A DNA stretch of 64,000 nucleotides, from assembly GCA_934148875.1 (NCBI GenBank), contig CAKPDJ010000002.1:1297-65296 (forward strand). Direction: 5' to 3'. The translations under genes and the position numbers were made by a program. This document shows, piece by piece, positions 51,608 to 60,834 of this stretch. This DNA comes from an uncultured Bacilli bacterium. Lineage in GTDB: Bacteria > Bacillota_I > Bacilli_A > RF39 > UBA660. The notes beneath the pieces were generated by a model. That model ran no database searches, had not been told where the DNA came from, and was given only the letters and a program-made list of their open reading frames with translations. Position 1 is the first letter of the stretch; each line of letters starts with the position of its first letter.

Positions 51608-51748
51608 ATGTCAAATCAAAGACTAGAACTATTATTAAATATCTATAAAGAAGATATTAAATTCCATAAAAGTATAGGAACTATATATACAGAAAAAGAA
51701 CTAATAAATACATTAAAATTATGTATTGAATTAGTAAATAGAATTTAG
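51608..51748 (+). CDS. Hypothetical protein (46 aa; not in the ORF track)
   Basis: SD TAAGGAGAAAG. Confidence 0.4.
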   Translation: MSNQRLELLLNIYKEDIKFHKSIGTIYTEKELINTLKLCIELVNRI

Positions 51749-51768
51749 AAAGGAAGTTAGAAATAAAA

Positions 51769-52428
51769 ATGCATTTTACAGTAGGAGTATTAGTAGATAA
51801 AAAAGGAAAAAAATTAGAAGAATTACTTGCACCGTATCAAGAGAATAATATGGGGAATTGTCCAAAAGAGTTTTTAGAATTTATGGAAGCTACAACAGAA
51901 ATTAATGAATATGAAGATCATAAAGATGATTATGAAACATTAGATGAATTCATGGAAGATTATTATGGTATTAGAAAAGATAGAGAGACAGGAAAGTATG
52001 GTTATTGGGAAAATCCAAACGCACAATGGGATTGGTATCAAGTTGGAGGAAGATGGAGCAATATGCTTTTATCAAAAAATGGATATAAAAGTGATTATCT
52101 GCAATTAAAAGATATTGATTGGAATGGTATGTATGAAATTAGTAAAAAACAAGCAATAGAAACATGGGATAGTAATGAAAATGAAATATATAGAATGCTT
52201 AATGGCATAAAGAAAGATGATACAAAAGAATCTTATATAGAAAGAATGAGTAAATTTGAAACATATGCAGTTATAACACCTGATGGTAAATGGCATTCAA
52301 AAGATAAAATGGGATTGTTTTCAGTATCAACTAATGAGGACGATAACAGGAATAAAAGCTTTTATGATATTTTTATAAAAGATGCAGATCAAGAATTAAT
52401 ATTAGTTATAGTAGATTGTCATATTTAA
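51769..52428 (+). CDS. Hypothetical protein (219 aa) with WDWYQVGGRW motif
   Basis: SD GAAAGGAAG. No function recognised. Confidence 0.5.
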   Translation: MHFTVGVLVDKKGKKLEELLAPYQENNMGNCPKEFLEFMEATTEINEYEDHKDDYETLDEFMEDYYGIRKDRETGKYGYWENPNAQWDWYQVGGRWSNMLLSKNGYKSDYLQLKDIDWNGMYEISKKQAIETWDSNENEIYRMLNGIKKDDTKESYIERMSKFETYAVITPDGKWHSKDKMGLFSVSTNEDDNRNKSFYDIFIKDADQELILVIVDCHI

Positions 52429-52504
52429 GAAGAGGGAACAGTGATAAAAAAACATTATCACTCGCAACTAGAATCCTCGTAAAAGAGTATAAAGGAGAAA
52501 AATA

Positions 52505-52729
52505 ATGCAAATAGATGAAAAATACGTTAAAATACTTAAGAATGTTTTAAGAAATGATATAGCAATAGAGAAAGAACAATTAAAAAGACTAGAAGCTATA
52601 AAAAACAAATTAAATGATAAAGACTTTATGGAAAAATTATTAAGCACTAATCATTTTAAACAAAGACTAGAAGAATTAAAATTAAAAGAAGAAATATTAA
52701 AGGTATTAGAGGGTAATAAAGAAGTCTAA
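52505..52729 (+). CDS. Coiled-coil protein (74 aa)
   Basis: SD TAAAGGAGAAAA. Confidence 0.45.
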   Translation: MQIDEKYVKILKNVLRNDIAIEKEQLKRLEAIKNKLNDKDFMEKLLSTNHFKQRLEELKLKEEILKVLEGNKEV

Positions 52730-52749
52730 AAAGACTTCTTATTTTTTTA
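52719..52749 (+). terminator. Rho-independent terminator
   Basis: AAGAAGTC-TAAAAA-GACTTCTT followed by T7. Confidence 0.8.
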
Positions 52750-52753
52750 TAAA

Positions 52754-52785
52754 AAATGGTACTAAAAGTTAAATTAGTGCATACA
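52754..52785 (+). promoter_or_regulatory. Promoter-like element copy (GGTACT-N16-CATACA)
   Basis: AAATGGTACTAAAAGTTAAATTAGTGCATACA, ~20 nt upstream of the SD of 52815. Confidence 0.55.
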
Positions 52786-52814
52786 ATGTATTAAAAAGAT
52801 AAAAGGAGATTAAT

Positions 52815-52958
52815 ATGGATACTAAATTATTTTTAACTTACCTAGAATTATTAAAAAAATATAATATGGAAGATACTTCAGAAGAGGAGAAAAATGAATT
52901 AGTAGAAGATATGAATTTAATAAGACTTGGATATCTACCATGTAAATATCTTCAATAA
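52815..52958 (+). CDS. Hypothetical protein (47 aa; not in the ORF track)
   Basis: SD AAAAGGAGAT. Confidence 0.4.
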   Translation: MDTKLFLTYLELLKKYNMEDTSEEEKNELVEDMNLIRLGYLPCKYLQ

Positions 52959-53137
52959 AAGAAAGGATGTTAATGAATGAAAGAATTCTTTATTATACTT
53001 ATTGATATTTTAATAATGTGGATCATAACAATAAAAGAGAGCCGATAGGCTCTTTTTTCATGTATAAATAATCCAGTTTAGGTTAAAATAGATATATAAG
53101 GAATAGAACACACTAAATTACCAACAAGGAGCATAAT

Positions 53138-53413
53138 ATGGATAAAATAAGTACATATCAAAGTATATTTAACTGTACAAGAGAAGAAGCAATAGAAAAA
53201 GCCAGTAAAGTTCAAAAGAATTATAAATGTATAAAAGCTCTATCTAAAAGAAAAAAAGAATATCTATTAAGCATATTAGAAGAATATAACATACCTGAAG
53301 TAGAGGATATAGATATAGTATTAACAGCAATAAGTATTATCTCAGTAAGAGAAAATAAAGAATTAACAGAATTAGAGAATATAATAAATAAGGAGATTAA
53401 GAATTTAAATTGA
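53138..53413 (+). CDS. Hypothetical protein (91 aa)
   Basis: SD CAAGGAGCA. Confidence 0.45.
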   Translation: MDKISTYQSIFNCTREEAIEKASKVQKNYKCIKALSKRKKEYLLSILEEYNIPEVEDIDIVLTAISIISVRENKELTELENIINKEIKNLN

Positions 53414-53676
53414 AACTAAATAAAGAAATAATAAGAAGAGAAATAGAAAAACATTTTACAGAAAAAGAAATAAATTTATTAGAAGAATTAACTAATACCA
53501 ATATTTTAAATCTAATAGATTATAATAATTTAAATTATTGTATATTACAATTTGATTTATTAAAAATTCAAGAACATATCGGGATTGAAGAAATAAGAGA
53601 GTATATATTAGAAAATTTTTCTGAAGAACATTTGGAAGCTTTGAAGAAGGCAGTAAGATTAATAATAGAGCTATAA
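53410..53676 (+). CDS. Hypothetical protein (88 aa)
   Basis: TTG start overlapping the upstream stop. Confidence 0.4.
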   Translation: MKLNKEIIRREIEKHFTEKEINLLEELTNTNILNLIDYNNLNYCILQFDLLKIQEHIGIEEIREYILENFSEEHLEALKKAVRLIIEL

Positions 53677-53854
53677 AAAAAGAGCCTAAAAAGGCTCTTA
53701 GAAATAATATAGTAAAGAAATCAAATTCCATTAATATTATACACAAAAAAGATAATAACATGCAAGAAAATCCAAGACAAAAGAAGCAATTGTAGCTTAT
53801 AATAAAGAAAATAAAAATTATATACCAGTGAAGTAAGGTAGAAAGGGAAATCAA

Positions 53855-54244
53855 ATGAGTTTTACAGAGAAAGAAAAAGAAATATTTAATAAAGGTTTAA
53901 AGATATATAGAGAAGAAAGAGAAAAATCCATGAATGAATTTTATGAAAGAATAGAAAAAGAATTAGAAGTTTCTACGGAAGAATATAAAAATATTCAAGG
54001 AAGAGTAAAAAAGTTAGTAAAGCAGTTGGAAGAATATCAACCACTAAAATATGTAGGAGCAATAATAGCTCTAATGATACCAGTTTTTTCAACATATAAA
54101 ATTAAATATGGATATCTAATAAATCTAATATTTTTAATAATACAAGTTTATTTTTTAAATAAACAAATAAACCAAAGTAAAGAGTTTAAAGCAATTAATA
54201 AAGAATTAGATGATTTATATAAAAACCTTGAGGAGATGCAATAG
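53855..54244 (+). CDS. Coiled-coil + two-TM membrane protein (129 aa)
   Basis: SD GAAAGGGAAA. TM segments YVGAIIALMIPVF and LINLIFLIIQVYFL. Confidence 0.5.
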   Translation: MSFTEKEKEIFNKGLKIYREEREKSMNEFYERIEKELEVSTEEYKNIQGRVKKLVKQLEEYQPLKYVGAIIALMIPVFSTYKIKYGYLINLIFLIIQVYFLNKQINQSKEFKAINKELDDLYKNLEEMQ

Positions 54245-54273
54245 CAGAACAAAAGAAAGAAGATGATTTAATA

Positions 54274-55221
54274 ATGAAACATGTATCAATTGAAATAATA
54301 AGAAAATGTCCTAATAACTGTTTACACTGTTCATCATTATCAGGAATAAACTGTAAAGAAAAAATCGAAACAGAATTAGTAAAAAGAGTTATAGATGGAT
54401 TAAAAAAGATTAAAGTTGAATATATTAGCTTATCTGGTGGAGAACCTTTTTTGCATGAGGGATTAATTGAAATAGTACAATATGCTACAAATAAAGGATT
54501 GAAAACTAATATATATACAAGTGGAGTATTATTAAATAACAAATCTATACCACTAGAAATGTTAAAACAAATAAAAGATGCAGGCGTAAATAAATTAATA
54601 TTTAATTTTCAATCATTAAAAGAAAAAGTATATGATCAAATAATGAATACAAGAGGAAATTTAAAAAGTGTTAAAAAATCTATAGAAAATTCTAAAACAT
54701 CAGGAATATATACAGAATTACATTTTGTACCTATGAAATTAAATTATAATGAAATACTTGATATAGTTGAATATGTTAAAGAAAACAATATAGATAAAGT
54801 AAGTTTTTTAGGATTAATACCACATGGAAGAGCAGATTTAAATAAAGATATAATTTTTTTAGATAAAGATATAAATAATAAAGTAAAAGCATTATTAGAT
54901 AATATAAAGAATAAAAAAATAAGAATAGGAACTCCATTAAGTATAAAATCTGAACAATGTAAATGTGAAGCAGGTAAAGATAAGTTATATATTAAGTATG
55001 ATGGTAAAGTTTATGGATGTGAAGCATTTAAATACATTCGTTTATATGATATTGAAGAGGTATTTCCAGATAGTATTTATGAAAAAAATATAGAAGATAT
55101 TTATTATAATTCTAAATACTTACAAGTAGCTCAGGAGAAAATAGATGCAATTTTAAAAAACTATACAGATGAAAATTGTCCTATTCAAGAAGAAATAAGA
55201 GAAAAAAATTATAAAATTTAA
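54274..55221 (+). CDS. Radical-SAM enzyme with C-terminal auxiliary Cys motif (SPASM/twitch-like)
   Basis: Motifs CPNNCLHC (CxxxCxxC), SLSGGEPFL and FLGLIPHGRA. C-terminal CKCEAGKDKLYIKYDGKVYGCEAF. Confidence 0.75.
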   Translation: MKHVSIEIIRKCPNNCLHCSSLSGINCKEKIETELVKRVIDGLKKIKVEYISLSGGEPFLHEGLIEIVQYATNKGLKTNIYTSGVLLNNKSIPLEMLKQIKDAGVNKLIFNFQSLKEKVYDQIMNTRGNLKSVKKSIENSKTSGIYTELHFVPMKLNYNEILDIVEYVKENNIDKVSFLGLIPHGRADLNKDIIFLDKDINNKVKALLDNIKNKKIRIGTPLSIKSEQCKCEAGKDKLYIKYDGKVYGCEAFKYIRLYDIEEVFPDSIYEKNIEDIYYNSKYLQVAQEKIDAILKNYTDENCPIQEEIREKNYKI

Positions 55222-55239
55222 TATAAAGGAAGTAAACAC

Positions 55240-55725
55240 ATGAGATATATAGTACTAGGAAAAACAGAATTAAAAGAAGAACTATTTAATACAGACTTAA
55301 CTGATAACGGAATAAATAAACCAAAAGGAGGACTATGGAGTAGTCCTTATAATAAAGATACTATAAGTGGGTGGTATCAATTTTGTAAAGATGAAAATTT
55401 TATTAAAGGAGATAATTCTGTCGGAGTAATATTTAGCCTAAAAGAAGAAGCAAGAATATATACAATAGATACAAAAGAAGATCTAGATAATCTAGCAAAT
55501 AAATATCCTATAGTAGTAAAAGAAAATTTAAGATATAACTTTATGAGCACTATAGATTATACAAAAGTATCTAAAGATTATGACGCTATATATCTAACAG
55601 ATAAAGGACAATGGGCTACTAGATTTTCAAGACCTAATACTTTATATGGCTGGGACTGTGAAACACTATTAGTATTAAATTTTAATGCTATAGATTTAGA
55701 TTCTATGGAGAAATATAATGGATAA
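55240..55725 (+). CDS. Hypothetical protein (161 aa) with GGLWSSP and YGWDCETL motifs
   Basis: SD AAAGGAAG. No function recognised. Confidence 0.5.
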   Translation: MRYIVLGKTELKEELFNTDLTDNGINKPKGGLWSSPYNKDTISGWYQFCKDENFIKGDNSVGVIFSLKEEARIYTIDTKEDLDNLANKYPIVVKENLRYNFMSTIDYTKVSKDYDAIYLTDKGQWATRFSRPNTLYGWDCETLLVLNFNAIDLDSMEKYNG

Positions 55726-55764
55726 TTTGTTTATATTGAGAATTAATAAAAAGGAGATTTAAAG

Positions 55765-56196
55765 ATGGGTTTAACAATAAGTAGTGTAAATAAAAGTATT
55801 GATTTAGGATATTTTGGGTTTAGAAGATTAAGAATTACTGTTGCAGAATTAGTAAATGAAGAAATTGCAGAGCATTACAAAAGGTTAGAAGATTCTACAT
55901 TCATACTTGAAGAAAATAAAAGGCAAAAATTTTTTGAAAAATATGATGCAAAAACAAAACAGTTGGACGAAAAATATGATTATAAATATAATGCAATACT
56001 GTATTTTTTATATTCCAGTGATTGTGAAGCAACTATAGATGTTGATGTATGCAAAGAACTTTATGAAATAATAAAAGATTATCAAGACGATATACAATAT
56101 GGATATACAGGAAGAAAAGATTGTGCTACATTTAATGATTTTAAAGAAATTATAAAGGATTGCATTGAAAATAATGAACCATTAGAGTGGTTTTAA
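55765..56196 (+). CDS. Hypothetical protein (143 aa)
   Basis: SD AAAAGGAGAT. Confidence 0.5.
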   Translation: MGLTISSVNKSIDLGYFGFRRLRITVAELVNEEIAEHYKRLEDSTFILEENKRQKFFEKYDAKTKQLDEKYDYKYNAILYFLYSSDCEATIDVDVCKELYEIIKDYQDDIQYGYTGRKDCATFNDFKEIIKDCIENNEPLEWF

Positions 56197-56215
56197 TTCG
56201 CAGGAGTGAAAAGTT

Positions 56216-56449
56216 ATGAGGAAATATAAATGTATAAATGAAATGATGATAGAAGTTGTTGATGGAGATGGAGCAATTATTGACAACGAATATAATTTTA
56301 TAGAAAAGGGAAGTGTGTGGGAATTAGATGATTCTGACTTTAGAGTGTGTGATGGAGAAGTTAGGTTATTAAATTTTGAAGATGATAGATATAGTTGGAT
56401 TGAAATGCCTTATGAAGATTTAGAAAAACATTTTGAAGAGTTATTATAA
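56216..56449 (+). CDS. Acidic hypothetical protein (77 aa)
   Basis: SD GCAGGAGTGA. Confidence 0.45.
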   Translation: MRKYKCINEMMIEVVDGDGAIIDNEYNFIEKGSVWELDDSDFRVCDGEVRLLNFEDDRYSWIEMPYEDLEKHFEELL

Positions 56450-56491
56450 CGAACAATTTGTTTATATTGCGAAGTAAATGGAGGGTTAAAA

Positions 56492-56668
56492 ATGAAAACT
56501 ATAAAATTAACAGCAAGTGAGATAAGAACATTAGAACGTTTTTTATATGCTAATCCTTGTTTAAATGGTTGTGCTTATCCTAAAATGCAAAATTCTAAAA
56601 AGAGTTGCGATGAATGTAAATTAACAAAAGACAAGTATTCTATGATAGAAAAATTAGATTCAATTTAA
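56492..56668 (+). CDS. Cys-containing small protein (58 aa; not in the ORF track)
   Basis: SD ATGGAGGGTT. Motif CLNGCAYP...CDECK. Confidence 0.45.
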   Translation: MKTIKLTASEIRTLERFLYANPCLNGCAYPKMQNSKKSCDECKLTKDKYSMIEKLDSI

Positions 56669-57173
56669 TGAACAATTCATTAAAATTATGAATTATTAAT
56701 AAAGTATGCTATAATTAGCTTGTAACTGTTTTTTCAAAATCTCCAGAAGTCACTATACTATAGTGGCTTCTTTTATGTTATAATTAAATGGTAGTAACTT
56801 CTTATAAAGTCTCGTGTATTTACAAAAGGCTGTATTTTTACAGCTTTTTGTGTATAAAACAAAAATAATGGTAATAATATAGTAACACTAATTAACCTTT
56901 AACCCCTTATGCTAATAAAAATTTACTAATCATATGTATATTTTATACTAAATAGTATATAATATAAATGTGAATTTTTTATTGTCGTTTCTATCTTGCA
57001 GGGGGAAGTTATTTACACGTAACTTCCTTTATTATTAATTAAAAACAGAACCCTTTATACAAAATCATACAAAATCATACTCGTACAAAAAAGCACTTAA
57101 ATGTGCTTTTTTATGTATAAAATTAATTTATAAGGATAAAATAAGAATATAATTTAATATAAGAGGTGTAAAT

Positions 57174-57788
57174 ATGGCCAAATATTCAATACATAGAGCT
57201 TTAGCAGAATTAAAGCTATTAGATAAGAGAATAACTAAAACAATTGATAACTTGAAAGTAATTACTTATAAAAAAGGGAATAAGCTGGAATATAATATAA
57301 CTGAAGAGGAATTTAAAGCAGTTGTCAAAGCAGATATGCAAAGTGTTAAAGATTTAATTACTAGAAGAAAAGAAATAAAAGAAAAGATAGTAAAATCTAA
57401 TGCAGAAACTTTGGTAACTATAGCTGGAAAAGAAATGACTGTAGCATCAGCAATAGAAAGAAAAGAATCAATTAAGTATGAAAAGAAATTAGCAGAAGAA
57501 TTAAAAAATCAATTAAATAATTTAAAAGCAATTATTAATAATAGAAATGAACAAGTAGAATATTCATTAGAAAGACAATTAGGGAATCTTACATCTAACC
57601 CTGATGCAGATAAAGAATTAGTATTAACTTTTTCAGAACAATATAGGAATAAAGAGCAATTTGCTTTAGTTGATCCATTAAATATAGAAAAAGTAATAGA
57701 AAAATTAGAAAATGAAATAGATAGTTTTGAAAGTGAAGTAGATTATGTACTAAGTACTTCAAATGCTATTACAGAAATAGAAGTATAA
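57174..57788 (+). CDS. Coiled-coil protein (204 aa)
   Basis: SD AAGAGGTG. Heptad-rich throughout. Confidence 0.5.
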   Translation: MAKYSIHRALAELKLLDKRITKTIDNLKVITYKKGNKLEYNITEEEFKAVVKADMQSVKDLITRRKEIKEKIVKSNAETLVTIAGKEMTVASAIERKESIKYEKKLAEELKNQLNNLKAIINNRNEQVEYSLERQLGNLTSNPDADKELVLTFSEQYRNKEQFALVDPLNIEKVIEKLENEIDSFESEVDYVLSTSNAITEIEV

Positions 57789-58342
57789 TTAATTTTGCAA
57801 GTTATATGAAGAGTATAAATTCTATAATCCTTTTTATCTATAAGGTAAAAATAGATATGTATTTAAAAGCTAAGCAATAGCTATACCACATTTGGGATTG
57901 GTATATAGAATAACTCAAGTTTTAATAAAAGTTTAAATCATAAAGTTAAAAGTATAAAATTTAAATTTTAAAGTTCTTTAATATTAAAGATTAAACTTCA
58001 ATCATTAAAGCTCGATAAAATCTTTGATAAAAAGTGAAGGCGTATTATAGAAGCCAATACCACTTCAAAGCTATATAGCTTGCTATTTCAAATAATTCAA
58101 AAAACGTTTATTCGATAAAAAATAGTTTTAATATATTGTGATTAATTTTAAAAATAAAATCCTCTTAAATTAATAAAAGCACTTGAAAAGGTGCTTTTAT
58201 TATATTACTATATATATATGAATCAAGGTATTGTTTCTTCTTTGAATTCAATTTATAATACGCTAAGAGTCTCGAAAGAGGCTCTTTTTTTTTATAAATA
58301 TTCCAAATTTGGGTATAATAACAATAGAAGGAGAGGTTTAAA

Positions 58343-59380
58343 TTGGAATTATGGTCAGAGAAGGAAATTGAAATATTAAAAGAAAATTATAAAAATCATA
58401 CAATAAATGAATTATCAGAAATGCTACCAAGACGGACTAAAAGAGCAATTGTTTATAAAGTTAAAAATTTAAAAATAAATAAGCAAAAAATATGGACTAA
58501 AGAAGATGTAGAATATTTAAGAGAAAACTATTCTAAATGTGAAACAAAAGAAATAGCAAAATATTTTAATGTATCAGAAACACGAATAAGAGCAGCAGCT
58601 AATAGATATAAAATACCTAAAGAAAGATTATGGTCACAAGAAGAAGTAGATTTTCTACATGAAAGATGGGGTGAAACCCCTATAAGTGCTATAGCTAAAA
58701 AATTAGGTAGAAGCATACAAGCTGTACGTTCTAAAGCTATTAAAGAAAAAATAGGTGGATATATAGAAAATGGAAGTTATATTACTTTAAAGGAATTGTG
58801 CAGAACTATAAATGATGGAGATACCGCTGCAACATATAGAAAAATGTTAAAACTTAAAATACCATGTATTAATAAAAAAATACATTGCCAAAGAATTAAG
58901 GTAATAGATATAAATAAATTTTGGAAATGGGCCAAGGAAAATAAAGGAGATTTAAACTTCGCTAATTTTGAAGAAAATGTCCTAGGGAAAGAACCTAAGT
59001 GGGTAAAAGAAAAGAGAAAAGAAGATATTCAATATAAGCAAAGAAGAGGAGCATGGAGTAAAGAAGAAATAAATATGATGATAGATTTAAATAAAAATTT
59101 TGATATAACAGAAATATCAAAAAGATTAAATAGATCTGAGGGAAGTATAAGAAAACAATTAGGTCAATTAAACATAAAACCTAATATAGGGAAACCTAAA
59201 AAGAAATACTGGACTGAAGAGGAAATAAATCTATTAAAACAAATGATAAGAGAAGGTAAACAATATAATCAAATAATGTTGACATTAGGTAGAAATGAAA
59301 CAACAGTAAGAGGGAAAGTACAGCATTTATTTAATACAAATAGTTTAAGAAAGGTGAGAGAACAACTTGAGATGGAGTAA
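58343..59380 (+). CDS. Myb/SANT-like repeat DNA-binding protein (RsfA-like repeats), paralogue A
   Basis: TTG start 6 nt after GAAGGAGAGG. Five repeats of W(S/T)xEExxxLxxxY/W: WSEKEIEILKENY, WTKEDVEYLRENY, WSQEEVDFLHERW, WSKEEINMMIDL, WTEEEINLLKQMI. Confidence 0.65.
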   Translation: MELWSEKEIEILKENYKNHTINELSEMLPRRTKRAIVYKVKNLKINKQKIWTKEDVEYLRENYSKCETKEIAKYFNVSETRIRAAANRYKIPKERLWSQEEVDFLHERWGETPISAIAKKLGRSIQAVRSKAIKEKIGGYIENGSYITLKELCRTINDGDTAATYRKMLKLKIPCINKKIHCQRIKVIDINKFWKWAKENKGDLNFANFEENVLGKEPKWVKEKRKEDIQYKQRRGAWSKEEINMMIDLNKNFDITEISKRLNRSEGSIRKQLGQLNIKPNIGKPKKKYWTEEEINLLKQMIREGKQYNQIMLTLGRNETTVRGKVQHLFNTNSLRKVREQLEME

Positions 59381-60500
59381 AGAAGAGGAAGAGTTTTTGA
59401 CAGAAAACTGGGGAAATCTATCTATAAAGGCTATAGCTAAAAAATTAAACAGAAGTGAAAATGCAATAGTAGTAAAAAAAAACAGATTAAGCCTTGGATC
59501 TTTTTTAGAAAATGGAGAATATATAACATTTTATCTATTAATGCAAACAATATTAGGAGGTAAAAATCCTTCATATCATATGCAGAGATTAGAACGAGAT
59601 GGTTTTCCTATTAAGCATAAAACAGTAAAAAAGAAAAAATGGAAAGTAGTATATATAAAAGACTTCTGGAAGTGGGCAGAAGAACATCAGTCTAAATTTG
59701 ATTTTAAAGACTTTGAAGAAAATAGCTTAGGGCCAGAACCTAAATGGGCTAAAGAAAAAAGGATAAATGATAGAGCTAAAACTAAAAAACTTACACCATG
59801 GACACCAGAAGAAGATAGAAGACTTATAGAACTTTTAAGAAAATTTAAATATAACAGAAAAGAACTATCTGAAATGCTAAATAGAACAGAAGGTGCTATA
59901 GATAGAAGAATGCTAGAGTTAAAACTTAAAGAAAGACCATTAATAGCAAGTAAAAATAGCCCATGGACAGAAGAACATTTTGAAATTTTAACAGAAATGA
60001 TAAAACAACACAAGAATTATAATCAAATTGCAGGATGTATAGATAAATCAGAAAAGGCTATAAGAGGAAAAGTATATTCCATGTATTTAACAGATAATAT
60101 AGATATAGCAGCTAAATATATAGGTAATGGTAAATTTGGAGATAATAGACCAGATAGAAATATAAAGCATACCACTTTAAATAGAGCAGAAAGAAAACAA
60201 GTAAAAGAAAACCTTACTAAATTCTGCAATATAATATATAAGCAAATGAAAGAAAAATATGATGCTAATGACTACTGGCAATCAGAGATATGTCAAAATT
60301 ACAGTAGAAAGTGTTTAGTACAACAAACATGTTGTGATGAATGTACTAACTTTATAAGAATAAAACCTCAATATTGTAATAGATGTGGAGCAACTGTCAT
60401 GAGTAGAAATAAAGTAACTATCTGTGACAGATGTAAGCTACAAAGAAAGAAACAGTATCAAAAGAAATACATGGCATTAAAAGATATTAAAAAGATTTAA
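59367..60500 (+). CDS. Myb/SANT-like repeat protein, paralogue B, with C-terminal zinc ribbons
   Basis: TTG start after AAAGGTGAGAG, overlapping paralogue A. Repeats WSKEEEEFLTENW, WTPEEDRRLIELL, WTEEHFEILTEMI. C-terminus CCDECTNF...CNRCG...CDRCK. Confidence 0.65.
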   Translation: MRWSKEEEEFLTENWGNLSIKAIAKKLNRSENAIVVKKNRLSLGSFLENGEYITFYLLMQTILGGKNPSYHMQRLERDGFPIKHKTVKKKKWKVVYIKDFWKWAEEHQSKFDFKDFEENSLGPEPKWAKEKRINDRAKTKKLTPWTPEEDRRLIELLRKFKYNRKELSEMLNRTEGAIDRRMLELKLKERPLIASKNSPWTEEHFEILTEMIKQHKNYNQIAGCIDKSEKAIRGKVYSMYLTDNIDIAAKYIGNGKFGDNRPDRNIKHTTLNRAERKQVKENLTKFCNIIYKQMKEKYDANDYWQSEICQNYSRKCLVQQTCCDECTNFIRIKPQYCNRCGATVMSRNKVTICDRCKLQRKKQYQKKYMALKDIKKI

Positions 60501-60546
60501 TAATTATAAGAGGATTTTAAGGACACTTCCTTAAAGGAGGAGAATT

Positions 60547-60834
60547 ATGAAGGAAATAATAGATCTAATACAAGAAAGTTATAAAGCTAAAATACCTAAA
60601 GAAAAACTAAAACAAGAAATAGAAGAAACATATTACTTTGAAAATACAAAAGAAATAGATATACTAATAGAAGACTATTATAATAATCTAACACCTAAGA
60701 GCATCCAAGAAGCAAAAAGAATAAAAACCTTACTAAAGACTAATACACTAAAAGAAACAGCAAATAAACTAAAGCTAAAAGAAAAGAAACTGAAAGGAAA
60801 AATAAAATATTTAAAAAAGAAAGGATTACTATAA
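60547..60834 (+). CDS. Lys-rich hypothetical protein (95 aa)
   Basis: SD TAAAGGAGGAG. Confidence 0.45.
   Translation: MKEIIDLIQESYKAKIPKEKLKQEIEETYYFENTKEIDILIEDYYNNLTPKSIQEAKRIKTLLKTNTLKETANKLKLKEKKLKGKIKYLKKKGLL

Noticed and set aside
53681-53698. Hairpin AGAGCC-TAAAAA-GGCTCT as a + strand terminator.
   Set aside because: It is preceded by an A-run but not followed by a T-run. It would only look like a terminator on the minus strand, where there is no gene. It is left unannotated.
407-54542. Minus-strand track ORFs embedded in + strand genes: 407..670, 1542..1796, 3036..3227, 3512..3823, 6772..6966, 8272..8535, 9064..9486, 10300..10524, 10891..11280, 17332..17724, 17767..18231, 18830..19129, 22489..22791, 23398..23580, 24624..24827, 31750..31983, 32018..32275, 35684..35890, 37183..37416, 39501..39851, 41686..41883, 44020..44289, 44452..44682, 45658..45903, 47584..47796, 48949..49170, 49658..49912, 52105..52296, 53492..53854, 54195..54542. 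Later examples of the same kind are 58528..58716, 59687..60013, 60023..60229 and 63056..63277.
   Set aside because: Each lies antisense to a + strand gene that has motifs, an SD and operon context. Their products are low-complexity Leu/Ser/Phe/Ile-rich strings, as expected from the antisense of AT-rich codons. None has an SD or promoter.
58191-58379. Track ORF of 62 aa.
   Set aside because: It runs through two terminator hairpins (58178-58200, 58266-58296) and the SD and start of the Myb-repeat gene. It has no SD of its own.
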